Positions 52,130 through 64,000 of a stretch of 64,000 nucleotides of DNA are shown piece by piece. The translations under genes and the position numbers were made by a program. The first letter of the stretch is position 1; each line of letters starts with the position of its first letter. This DNA comes from Dendrobates tinctorius (taxonomy: Eukaryota), in assembly GCF_039654945.1 (NCBI RefSeq), contig NW_027361819.1, positions 5,890,001-5,954,000 of the forward strand, given 5' to 3'. The notes under the pieces were generated by a model. The model was not told the DNA's origin and made no database searches. It saw nothing but the letters and a program-made list of their open reading frames with translations.

Positions 52130-53180
52130 TGACAGGTACTACTCCTATGTATGCTATCATTGTTTCATTGTTGTTATTTGATATAGTTGACAGGCTGGAT
52201 ACTTACCACTATACTAACGAGGGAGAACCACCATTGTTTAATTGTTATTGGCTGCAGGTCTAATGTTCTCATTCTTGTTCCATTGTAGATTGTTATTATT
52301 GTATGTAATTGACAGCAGGATACTTACCACTATACTAACGAGGAAGAACCACCACTGCATATTTCTTATTAGCATCTGCTAATCTACAGCTCATTCTTGT
52401 TCCATTGTAGATTGCTATTATCTGATATAGCTGACTGGTGGGGATACGCACCACTATACTAACGAGGAAGAACCACCACTGCATATTTCTTATTAGCATC
52501 TGCTAATCTACAGCTCATTCTTGTTCCATTGTAGATTGCTATTATCTGATATAGCTGACTGGTGGGGATACGCACCACTATACTAACGAGGAAGAACCAC
52601 CACTGCATATTTCTTATTAGCATCTGCTAATCTACAGCTCATTCTTGTTCCATTGTAGATTGCTATTATCTGATATAGCTGACTGGTGGGGATAGGCACC
52701 ACTATACTAATGAGGAAGAACTGCCATTGTTTAGTTCTTATTGGCTGACATCTTCATGGGTCCAATGTCATCATTTTTGATCCATTGCAGATTGTTATTA
52801 TTCTATGTAATTGGCCAGCAGGATACTCACCACTATACTAACGAGGAAGAACCACCACTGCATATTTCTTATTAGCATCTGCTAATCTACAGCTAATTCT
52901 TGTTCCATTGTAGATTGCTATTATCTGATATAGCTGACTGGTGGGGATACGCACCACTATACTAATGAGGAAGAACTGCCATTGTTTAGTTTTTATTGGC
53001 TGACATCTTCATGGGTCCGATGTCCTCATTCTTAATCCATTTTAGATTGTAAAATTCTGTATACTTGATTGGAGGGGACATTTACCTCTGTGCTAAGCAG
53101 AAGGATCCCTATTATTCTATAGTGTTGATGGGCAGGACACTCGCCATTATACTCATAAGGAAGAACCACCACAAGCCCTG
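52130..53180. repeat. ~124-bp tandem repeat (about 8 copies)
   Basis: accactatactaa(c/t)gag recurs at ~52205, 52326, 52450, 52574, 52698, 52829 and 52953. Confidence 0.9.
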
Positions 53181-55404
53181 GATATTTTTGTTGGTCACTA
53201 CAAGTTTGGCTTTACCTCTATGTTTTGGCGGTTGTCAGAGTTTGTACATTTGGAGGATGACATCCACAGAACTGAGTGTCTGCAGATATCACAACACATC
53301 TTGAGGGCCTTTTCCTTGATAGTATCATAACAGCCAGCTGGAGATTCTCCCGCTGAGAGCCAAATTATAAATGGAATACAAAGATTCTGACGCCAGCTCT
53401 CATCTGGACCCCTCAGGATGGTTTTCCCTGGACCCTGGAGAAATGTCAAGAGCAGGTAGGAAATGAGAAGTTCTATAATGATCTGATGGTGGTAGGTCTC
53501 ATTCAGGCATCTGTCTTTCTCATATGTGAATACCGATGTCCATCCGTGTGATAGTGCTGGACCACATTTTCATCCGTGTCTGGTCAGTGTCTGTTTTACC
53601 ATCAGTAATTTTTCTAGTATGCAAACAAAGTGTCAAAGCTTCTCTTGCGAATTATAATGTTAAAATCAGAGACTGCATCAATTGTACACAGATGACATCC
53701 GTATGCTATCCACCGAGACTTGTATAGGTGATTTTGATCCATGAACAGAAAGCATGAAAACGTACATGTGAACAGCACCATAGGCTATAATTGGCATGTG
53801 ATCTAGTCATAAAAATACATCTAGAAACACATATGTGAAAAAGGATGTCTGATCGAGGCCCTGCAAAGACACGTCAACCCACAGCTTCCTTTTCATCGAT
53901 TTTCAGTTCTTATATCGTTGCCTTTTTACTTCTATCATTTCTTTCCGTTGCCTTTCCTGTCTCCTTTTCATCTTCCTCTCTCATACGTTGGTCAATGCTT
54001 CGGCCTATGAGTTGCTGTAGTGGTCTCAGGCCCATCTCCAGGGTCACTGCTGAGGTTTGGGAGGTTTCCGGCCTGCTGGAGCTTCACTAGATATATCCGT
54101 ACTGTGGGTGTAAGTTCTTTATAGTGATCTGGCATTAAAGAGTCCAGACAGTTTTTACTTTTTATTTACAAGAGAGAATTCATACCGGACTACAAATAAT
54201 ATCTTCCTGCGTTCAGGTCATTGTAATGGAGACTCATTGTGTTGTGATAATGGGACTCCACCTGCCACATGGAGACAAGATGGAAATGCCCCAAAAGTAA
54301 AATAAAAGGACAATTATAATTAATTGATAAAATCATTGCCTTATATAAGTGCCTATATAAAGATACATATCGCGCCACACTAGACGCAGGTTGCCGCTGA
54401 TGCCGCACACGTTGGGCTCAGTTCTTTTGCTTGGTAATGCTATAATATACGCTGGGTTACGTAATTATCTATTGTAGAGCTGTAAATGTATGTTTGGGCT
54501 AACCACTTATATTCAGTGGTGTAAGAAAGTAAAAGAAAATATTTCACCAAATATTAAAGAAAATAATGATTCTCCCATAGCACATATCCAACAGACACAT
54601 ATGAGGGCAGGGAAAAAAACAGTCTTCTATAATACACTTCCCAACTGTCCTACATGTGTTTGAACCATCCTGATATTTCAGATAAATTCCCACCAAATTC
54701 AGAACTAAACCAGGCAAAGTCATTCATTGTTATTGCACCTTTATCTTGAATAAAGTACAAATATTGCTCATCTGTTATTGTAGATTTTGTTCACATAATG
54801 TCCGGTTTGTTCATTTTTGGTGGGAGAAATAGAACCACATTCCGCACCATCCTCTATGACAATATAACACACTCCTGCTAACGACGAAGGACGCCATTAC
54901 TAGTCAGTGGGGTATATTTGGGGTGGTGGTGTCCGTCTGGGCCACAACACAGGTATGAACAGTCTTATTCCCACATTATTTCCTCTAGCAGGGTTCATAT
55001 CGAGTTTCATATAAAGTTATTTATAGTTTGTGAAAATTATTTTTCATTTCCCAATAAACTTTGTGGAGCCAATGGATAAGATCAGTCCTGGTCACATGAT
55101 GGATAGATGGCTCGTTACAAGACATGGCTCGTAACTGGAGGGTCTCTAGCCCTTGGGGAAGATTTATGAAGTGATTAGTTTTATGGCCATTCTCGCCTCT
55201 TTTTTGAAAACGTGATGCAGGTTTAGGCTGACGCTGGTGTTACACGACAGAATAACAATCGGTCACATTTTCATCCACAAAAATGTGACTATTCTTTTCT
55301 CACATGTCATCCATGTACAATTCGTTTTTATACTCGGCAGTTATTAATCATTTACAGTTTCCTATGTCCCAGAATTGCAATGTATCTGTAATAATTGGAT
55401 GCCA

Positions 55405-55697
55405 TGCTGTGGTTCTATACTGTGGCTATATCCCATGGCTCTGTCCTGTGGCTCCATTTTGTGGCTCCACACTGTGGCTCCACGCAGTGGCTCTATCCCG
55501 TGCCTCTGTCCTGTGGCTCCATTTTGTGGCTCTATGCTGTGGCTCCACACTGTAGCTATATGCTGTGGCTCTATACTGTGGCTCCACACTGTGACTCTAT
55601 ACTGTGGCTCCACACTGTGACTCTACTGTGGCTCCACACTGTGACTCTATACTGTGGCTCCACACTCTGGCTCTATACTGTGGCTCCATACTGTGGC
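55405..55697. repeat. ~15-bp minisatellite (CTGTGGCTCYAYA) inside a MITE-like element
   Basis: Tandem ctgtggctc units. Confidence 0.88.
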
Positions 55698-56199
55698 ATC
55701 CGATTTTGTTTCTCACACCCATAGAGTTGAATGGGTGAGCCTCATCCGGTTTCAGTTATGTCTCAGTATACTGCAGTTTTTTCACAGACATATTCTGAAT
55801 AAAAAATCGCCTATCTGCCGCCTCATGGAATAACAGGTCAGTGTGCTATCCGATAAAATATCAGATGGCACACGCCTGATTTATACGGTGGTCTGAGTGA
55901 GCCCTTAGTGGAAGGTGAAGTGCAAATTCAATGCCCAGATGAATTTACTGCTTTACATAGGAGACAAGATCGTCTATTGTAATCATTATAAATGGCTATT
56001 AAGGTCAAAACTCAATTATAAAATAATTGTAGAGCATGCTTCACCAATGGGCCCCATGGAGAAAAAATATACCACACTGTATAGTCTGCTACGCTTACCT
56101 GTACAGGTAAAATAATGTACCGTCAGACACTAATAGAGCGCTCCTCTGGTTTTCCTTGGGTAAGCGGAGCAGTAAAGATATTTTTAGCACACATGGGTC

Positions 56200-57475
56200 A
56201 CACTGTGGCTCAGTGATTAGCACTATATATGGTGATTCAGTGATTAGCACTGCATATGGTGGCTCGGTGATTAGCACTATATATGGTGGCTCAGTGGTTC
56301 ACACTATGGTGGCTCAGTGATTAGCAGTATATATGCTGGCTCAGTGGTTCACACTATATATGCTGGCTCAGTGATTAGCACTATATGGTGGCTCAGTGAT
56401 TAGCACTATATATGCTGGCTCAGTGGTTCACACTATATATGCTGGCTCAGTGATTAGCACTATATGGTGGCTCAGTCATTAGCACGATATATGCTGGCTC
56501 AGTGGTTTGCACTATATATGGTGGCTCAATGATTAGCACTATATATGGTGGCTCAGTGATTAGCACTATATATGTTGGCTCAGTGGTTCACACTATGGTG
56601 GCTCAGTGATTAGCAGTATATATGCTGGCTCAGTGGTTCACACTATATATGGTGGCTCAGTGATTAGCACTATATATGCTGGCTCAGTGGTTCACACTAT
56701 ATATGCTGGCTCAGTGATTAGCACTATATGGAGGCTCAGTGGTTCACACTATATATGCTGGCTCAGTGATTAGCACTATATGGTGGCTCAGTCATTAGCA
56801 CTATATATGCTGGCTCAGTGGTTTGCACTATATATGGTGGCTCAGTGGTTCACACTATGGTGGCTCAGTGATTAGCAGTATATATGCTGGCTCAGTGGTT
56901 CACACTATATATGGTGGCTCAGTGATTAGCACTATATATGCTGGCTCAGTGGTTCACACTATATATGCTGGCTCAGTGATTAGCACTATATGGTGGCTCA
57001 GTCATTAGCACTATATATGCTGGCTCAGTGGTTTGCACTATATATGGTGGCTCAATGATTAGACCTATATATGGTGGCTCAGTGATTAGCACTATATATG
57101 TTGGCTCAGTGGTTCACACTATATGTGGTGGCTCAGTGATTAGCACTATATATGCTGGCTCAGTGATTAGCACTATATAAGGTGGCTCAGTCAATAGTAC
57201 TATATATGCTGGCTCAGTGGTTTGCACTATATGTGGTGGCTCAGTGATTAGCACTATATATGCTGGATCAGTGGTTCACACTATATATGGTGGCTCAGTG
57301 GTTCACACTATATATGGTGGCTCAGTCATTAGCACTATATGTGGTGGCTCAGTGGTTTGCACTATATATGGTGGCTCATTGATTAGCACATATATGCTGG
57401 CTCAGTAGTTCACACTATATGTGGTGGCTCAGTGATTAGCACTATATATGCTGGCTCAGTGATAAGCACTATATA
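56200..57475 (+). repeat. ~30-bp minisatellite (GGCTCAGTG(G/A)TT(AG/CA)CACTATATATG(G/C)T)n, derived from a SINE head
   Basis: About 40 copies that run directly into the SINE at 57470. Confidence 0.92.
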
Positions 57476-57725
57476 TGGTGGTTTGCACTGGTGCTTTGCA
57501 GCACTGGGGTTCTGAGTTCAAATCTCACCAAGGAGATCACCTGCAGAAGTTTGTATGTTTTCCCCATGTTTTTGTGGGTTTCCTTTTGAGTTCTCGTGTT
57601 TCCTTCCACACTCCAAAGACTGATAGGGAATGTAGATTTTGATTCCCAATGGGGAAAGTGAACATGTACATAATGCTGTGGAATTAATGCAGTTATAGAG
57701 CTATAAAAGGGAGTAAAATAAATCA
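57470..57725 (+). mobile_element. tRNA-derived SINE
   Basis: B-box-like GAGTTCAAATC at 57514-57524, the gtttgtatgttttcccc..gtgggtttcc core and an A-rich tail. Confidence 0.7.
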
Positions 57726-58065
57726 ACATGGAGGCCAGGAACTTTTCCTGACATATTTGTTAAACATAAGGTTCCAACAAATTTGTACATGGCTCCAAAT
57801 GGGACACATTAATACCCAGTGATATTAGATGTGAATTCAGCAGATCTGCCGAAATCATTATACAGATAATAATGGTGTGAAATGTTGCAACCATGAAACA
57901 AAAACAGGAAATTCACAGGTTGCTAGTAAATGACTAAACACTTGCTGAAAACAGACAGGGAGGTGGCAGCTGCTACTGATGAATTTTCCCTAAATAGCGA
58001 GAATTAGCCTAAACATACCGAAGTGCGATGCCACAAAGCAGCCGAGTCAGCAAGAAAATGAGTTT

Positions 58066-58556
58066 ATATGTACTTGTGCTTCTCACAAAATTAGAATATC
58101 ATCAAAACGTGAATTTATTACAGTTCTTCAATACAAAAAGTGCCTCTCCTGTATTCTATAGAGTCATTACACACAGAGTGATCTATTTCACATGTTTCTT
58201 TCTGGTAATGTTGATGATTATGGCTTACAGCCAATGAAAACCCAAAAGTCATTATCAGTAAATTATAATAATTAACAATAAACACTTGTAAAGGCTCCTA
58301 AGTGTTTATAAAGGTCCCTTAGACTGTTTCAGTAGCTCCACAATCATGGGGAAGACTGCTGACCTGACAGATGTCCAGAAGGCTATCACTGACACCCTCC
58401 ACAAGGAGGGGAAGCCCCAAAGGCCATTGTTAAAGAAGTCGGCTGTTCACAGAGTGCTGGATCCAAGAATATTAATGGAAAGAGGAGTGGAAGGAAAAAG
58501 TGTGGTAGAAAAAGGTGCACAAGCAACCGGGATAACCGCAGCCTGGAAAGCATTGT
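58066..58556 (+). mobile_element. Tc1-like 5' fragment (TIR + transposase N-terminus)
   Basis: MGKTADLTDVQKAITDTLHKEGKPQ...RKKCGRKRCTS; cut by a TTAA-type element at 58557. Confidence 0.75.
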
Positions 58557-58812
58557 TAACCCCTTTTCGATGTCAGGTGTAATAGTACGTCGACGTCGGA
58601 CTCCCTCCCTTTGATGTGGGATCCGGCCCACATCTTTCCCAGGACATGTCAGCTGTTTTATTTCAGATAATAAGCATTCGTTAAATTAAAATTACTTGAG
58701 ACAAACCAAGGGGGAATTTGGAAAATATGAGGAACTGATAGACATGGGGGTCCTTAAAGTAGTCTATTCCTTAGGGAACTGTAGCCAGATAAACATCTCA
58801 AGTTGGGGGGAG

Positions 58813-60690
58813 TTACAGGAAGCAACCATAATTTAGCTGCTCATTCAGTCCCAGAGGGTGGCAGGTGTCCAATAAAAAAAATCCATTTTGCCTCCTTTTG
58901 CAGTAACATTTTGTAAAAATCTCCCCCCCAAGAGGGCATTTTAAGCTTGTCAATGCCCATGAAGTGAATGGCCCCAACATCCCCCCATGCATTCCATTGA
59001 TATGTCTCGCAATGGGGGTGTCCCTTTGGTTGCGAATATCTCCTAGGTTTTCACCCACCCATCTCCTGAATCCTCTGATCGTTTTACCGATGTAAGTCCC
59101 GCAGTCACACCGGGCCCTATAAATGATGCCTTTTGTTTTGCAGTTAATAAATTCTTTAATTTGAAATGTTTTTTTGAGTATTGGTATTGAAAAATTTCCC
59201 CCCCACCTCAATAGAGTCATAGGCTACACAATTTCCACATATATAGCAGCCTGCCAGTCTCCTTGGTAGCCAAGTTTCCAACTTAGGTGGAACAAAGTGA
59301 CTGTGTACCAGTCGGTCATTAAGAGTCTTGCATTTCCTATACGTTATTTGGGGGGTCTCCCCAATCACATCCCTTAGGTCCTTTTCCATTTTGAGAATGT
59401 TCCAGTGTTTGTTAATTATTTGACAAAAGGTGCCCCGCTATCAAAGGAGCAAATTAATTTGTTTTGGTACCCCCACTTCTTTCTCACAAGGTGTTAGCAA
59501 CATAGTTCTAGGTTGCTTGCTAGCATGCTGAAATGCCTCCCTCAACACCCGGTCTGGGTACCCCCTAGATAGAAATCTCTGTCTGAAATCATCAGCCTTA
59601 GCTTTATAGTCCGTATCAATGAAGCAGTTACATGTACGTCTAAGCCTAAGGTATTGACCCTTCAGTATACCTCTTTTCCGGGGGTAGGGGTGATGACTTT
59701 CCACCTCAATAGTGAGTTGGTGGCGGTGGGTTTCCTATAGACAGAAGTTTCCAAACTGTCACCCTTCACTGACTTCTTAATTAGTACATCCAGGAGCAGT
59801 AATTGCCTGTGATGTATCTCACAGGTAAACTTTAGCCCAATATTTTTGCAATTCAGAGATGTTATGAATTTTTGAATCGTTTCCTTTGTACCATTCCATA
59901 AGATGAAAATATAGTCAATAAATCTGGCCCATAGATTCACGTGAGCCGTGAATTCTTCATGGAACTCTGTAAAAACACTATCCTCCCACCAGCCCAGGAA
60001 CAAATTTGCATAACTGGGCGCACAGGGGCTACCCATTGTGGTGCCCCTGAGCTGGAGGATTTGTCCATCAAAACAAAAGTAGTTGTTCCAGAGTATGAAA
60101 TCTAGGAGGGTCACCACCAACTCAATATGAGCCTGAAACTGCCGGCCTCTTGTGCCAAGAAAATGCTGTACCCCTTTTTGCCGCAATCATGTGGAATTGA
60201 TGAGTAGTGGGCCTCTACATCAATACTGGCCTGCAAGACGTTAGGCTCCAGAGAAATACCTTCCAACCTGCAGAGGAGATCCATCGTGTCCCTGATATAG
60301 GAAGGGAGTCATATAACAAATGGTCTAAGGATATTGTCAATGTAAATACCTGTATTCTGACCAAGACTCCCAATCCCAGACACGATTGGTCTCCCCCTAA
60401 GGGGGTCCAGACCTTTATGGACCTTGGGTAAGGCATAGAATGTAGCTATTACCGGGTGCTGAGGGAGGAGAAAAAAGTGTTCATCTTGACTGATCAAGTC
60501 ATCAGTTCTAGCCCAGGATAGCATGGCCTTCAAATCAGCAATACATCTAGAAGTTTGATTCTGCATAACCCGAGCATATGTGGTTTGATCATCAAGGAGA
60601 GAAAGGCACATGTTTTTGTATTTTTCCACACTCATCACAACCACATTACCCCCCCTTATCGGAGGGCTTGAAGATTATAGAGTTATCCAT
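58813..60690 (-). mobile_element. Penelope-like retroelement (RT + Cys linker + GIY-YIG endonuclease), degenerate
   Basis: FYALPKVHK..GRPIVSG, GTTMGSPCAPSYANLF, RFIDY (DD mutated), VYRKPT, CGNC and NCKTKGIIY..C.C..YIGKT motifs; multiple frameshifts. Confidence 0.9.
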
Positions 60691-61269
60691 CTAAAAAATC
60701 ATGAGAACAGTGATCTATGTTGTGAATTCACTTTCTGGTCTACCTCTGGTTGCTGGTGAGGGTGGTGGAGCTGGTTGTATTGACAGAGGAGTCATGAGTT
60801 CTCTTTCTGGGCTCCCTCTGGTGGCTGCAGGAGGTAATGAAGCTGATCTAATTAACAGAGACCTGCCACTTGATAATGAGGACGACGATTGGACATCTGG
60901 AGTCTCTGACTGGATTTAAGACAGCCGACTCCCTCTATCCCTGCTGGTGATTTTTCCTGCCTCCTGAGGTCTTAGCTTGAGAATCCAGGGACTGAACTGG
61001 AAACTAAGTGTTCTTTGCTATTGTTCACATTTGATTTGGTTTTGTCTATTCAGTCTTGTGTGCTTAGCCAGCCCCGGCTGGGGCTGTGCTTAATTTCCAT
61101 CCTTATGTTACTGTTTGTGCCAGTTTGCTTTTTGCCCCTTATTAGATTGGCCTCTTTTTGCTCTGTTTTCAGAATATGCCAGAGTGCTGATATAGTCGGT
61201 GAAGTCTAGTGACTTCAGGGTTTTTTTTGCTATCAGAAGTGCTGGACATTTTTGCAGGGTATTTTTGGC

Positions 61270-61636
61270 GTGATTGCAGACAGTATCTTTCCTTTCCTGT
61301 CCTTTCTAGTTAGTGTGGGCCCCATTGTTTGCTCAACCTTTTTTCCTACCTGTGTTTGTGTTTTCATCTTGTCTCACCGACAATATATGTTTTGGGGGCT
61401 ATCTATTCCTTTCGGGGTCTGCTCTGGGGCAGTTTAGATTTCCCCTTTTCTTGCTTTAGGCTTATTTAGTCCTCCGGCTGTGTCGAGGCATCTAGAATCA
61501 TCGTAGGTACGCTCCACGGCTACTGCTAGTTGTGTGGACAGGATCAGGGGTCTGCAATCCGCTTAGTTACCAACCTCTCTGGTTTTCTGTGGCTTAGCTT
61601 GGTCTTATTTTCCTCCTCGGTGACCCAATCATAACA
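61270..61636 (+). mobile_element. Gypsy LTR 3' fragment
   Basis: LTR-like composition ending ...atcataaca; left boundary uncertain. Confidence 0.35.
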
Positions 61637-61709
61637 GATCTGTTCCTTAGTGAGATTGTGCCTATAATGACTCTGACTATATTCTTTGATGTCTTTAGTG
61701 CTTAAATTT

Positions 61710-62079
61710 ATATGCAAATTGCCTCTTCAGAAAGAAAGAGGACTTTTACTCTACAGCGCCACCTATTGGTAGTAGCAATCCTACAAGTCAAAATCAACCC
61801 TTTAACGAGTCTTTTAATATGACTTAGGATAAAAGCCAAATCAGAATCTCAATTTGCAGACACGGTGTTTCGCGCTATTGGCTCTCATCAGTGCAAAGTA
61901 TGAGATCTGATTTGGCTAGGTGAGAGGCTCTGGACTGAGGTCTAAGGGGTAACGTTTCTCCTTGTGGAGAGTGACATGCCAGCTCTGGTTTGTCAAGGTA
62001 AGGAGGCTTATTTGCCGTACAATGCTCCTCTGGGAAAATAATATGCAAATTGCCAAAACGTTACCCCTTAGACCTCAGT
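61710..62079 (-). mobile_element. Non-LTR retrozyme / satellite-2-like unit (~331-bp monomer) with a short inverted tail
   Basis: Direct repeat ATATGCAAATTGCC (contains the octamer) at 61710 and 62041. Contains a hammerhead. 62056-62079 is an inverted copy of 61934-61957. Confidence 0.78.
61834..61917 (-). ncRNA. Type I hammerhead ribozyme
   Basis: Minus strand: AGCCAAATCAGATCTCA-TAC-TTTGCA-CTGATGA-GAGC(caata)GCGC-GAAA-CACCGT-GTC^TGCAAA-T-TGAGATTCTGATTTGGCT. Intact core, GUC site and long helix I; predicted cleavage between 61859 and 61858. Confidence 0.85.
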
Positions 62080-63522
62080 GGCAGCTATAACCCTTTCAAA
62101 ACTCAGACACATACCTTGCTTGGCTCACACCTTGAACCTGGTGGTGCAGTGCTTCCTCAATAATTATCCAGAGTTAACAGGCCTGCTCCAGAAGGTCCGA
62201 AGACTGTGCTCGCACATCCGCTGGTCGCCGGTACACTCCAGTCGTATGCAGAAGCTGCAGCGATTGCTCCACCTTCCCAAGCACCGCCTAATTATCGACA
62301 TTGCAACAAGGAGGAACTCCACCCTGCACATGGTTGAGCGGCTGTGCGTAATGCATTTTTGGGAGGATACACGGGCAGGCACTTTGAGGGCAGACATGGA
62401 GTTGACAGGTGTGCAGTGGTTGAAGCTGAAAGACCTCTGTAAAGTCCTTCAGTGTTTTTTGAGGAATGCACATGGCTGGTCAGCGCAGATGACGCCATCA
62501 TAAGCATGAGCATCCCACTTATGCGTCTGCTCATGCAAACTTTGACGCACATTAAGGAGCAGGCGTCTGCAGCCGAGGATGATGTGGAAGAGGAGGAGGG
62601 AAGCCTTGATGACAGTCAGCCATTGTCTGCTCCGGGAACTCTCCTGGACGAGGTGGAGGAAGAGGAGGATGATGATGGGGATGATTATTTAGGGGAGGAG
62701 GATGCTTCTCGTGGGGCAAGAGAAAATGTTGGCGTGGCAAGGTCTGGTACAGGCTTTGTGCGTGACTGGAGGGATGTGGGTTTGTCAGAAAGTGCTCCTC
62801 CACCCAGCACTCGCAGTGCATCATTGACACTGGGAACATTGGCCCACATGTCAGATTATGCCTTGTAGATCCTAAAAAGGGACCCCCGCATTGCCAAAAT
62901 GATGAACGATGACGACTACTGGTTAGCCAGCATCCTGGATCCATGCTATAAAGGCAAATTCCAAAACATCATGTCACAGGAGAACCTTGACCTAATATTG
63001 GATAACAAACAAGCAACTCTGGTAAACCGGTTGGTTGAGGCATTCCCAGCACACAGCAGCCGTAGGGGCCGGGGGCAACTTGGAAGAGGTGTTGGTGGTG
63101 CACACATCAGAAGTGGCGTTGGAGACGGGTTTCATGACCATGTTGTGGACTGATTTTTCAAGTCACGCTCACACAACTGGTAATAAAACATCTATTGAAA
63201 GTGACAGGAGACAGCACTTGTCAACTATGGTTACAAACTACTTCTCGTCCCATATCAATGTTCTCCCTCACAGGTCATTCCCATTTGACTATTGGGCTGC
63301 TAAACTGGACACCTCGCCTGAATTGGCACATTATGCCTTACAGTAGCTCGCTTGCCCAGCTGCAAGTGTGCTATCGGAAAGAGTCTTCAGTGCTGCTGGA
63401 TCAATCCTCACAGAAAAAAGGACCCGTCTGTCAACCCAAAATGTGGATGACCTAACCTTCATTAAAATGAACCATGCATGGGTTTCCAAGGATTTTGTCC
63501 CACCTTACCCTGATGACACGTA
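62080..63522 (+). mobile_element. hAT (ZBED/Ac-like) transposase relic with C-terminal dimerization domain
   Basis: HIPCLAHTLNLVVQ, DIATRRNST, YWLASILDP and FDYW..PELA..A...LACPAASVLSERVFSAAG..RTRLS motifs; stops and frameshifts. Confidence 0.9.
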
Positions 63523-64000
63523 GGTTGCCAGAAAAATGGCTTTCTTTGGTCCTCCTCTTCCTGGGACTTGACCAATTTCGCCTTTAGCAGCAGATGAATG
63601 TCCCACATCAACATATGGCATTTTGTAAACCTCCCTAACTGGGCAGCCTCCTCCCCCCATTGCCAGGGTCACCACCTAGCGCACGCAGCCGTGCGAGTGC
63701 CGTTGCCCTGGACAGGTGGGTGGGCTGACTCTTGGGCGCGGGCACTGGCACAGGGTCCCTCATAGTGCAATCAAGTGTCTCTGACAGTGGGGGTGCACAC
63801 CCGCTGTCAGACACACCGCCGTACTATGAGGGGCCCAGTGCCAGTACCGATGCCCATGAGTGGGTCCCCCTTGCTTGGGCAGGGCCCCAGCATTTGCAAT
63901 GTTTACCTCTCCCTGCTCCTCCGCTGTGTAGTCTGGGCTGTCAAATCCTTCACTGGGACTGCCAGTTCAAATTTGGTGAACTGATAGATGATGGTTAAGA

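Noticed and set aside
52130-53180. Regularly spaced repeats resembling a CRISPR array
   Set aside because: Entire ~124-bp units are repeated with no unique spacers, there are no cas genes, and the DNA is eukaryotic.
55304-57408. Cys/Trp-rich and repetitive ORFs
   Set aside because: Translations of minisatellites.

Overview
Repeat-rich vertebrate genomic DNA, most likely a frog (inferred from the mix of CR1, L2, Tc1, TTAA-MITE, hAT, Penelope and Gypsy elements plus an amphibian-type retrozyme). The left half holds an apparent interferon-inducible GTPase cluster on the minus strand. It contains an intact guanylate-binding protein (GBP) gene with 10 coding exons (15209-24698, 629 aa, one U12-type intron, no CaaX box) and, downstream, a CARD + URGCP/VLIG(GVIN)-like gene. 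The latter has an in-frame TAA at 1352-1354 and a TSD-flanked insertion at 21-579, so it is either a pseudogene or encodes a ~130-aa CARD-only product. Both genes have clustered IRF/ISRE motifs upstream. The right half is nested transposons: a CR1 carrying an inverted CR1 and a Gypsy provirus, Gypsy LTRs, L2, a SINE, Tc1, a Penelope-like RT/GIY-YIG element and an hAT relic. Non-coding highlights are a ~331-bp satellite-2/retrozyme-like unit with a type I hammerhead ribozyme (61834-61917, minus), a minimal hammerhead in a TSD-flanked insertion (33895-33933), and a minisatellite built from a SINE Pol III A-box. All calls were made by eye, with no database searches.
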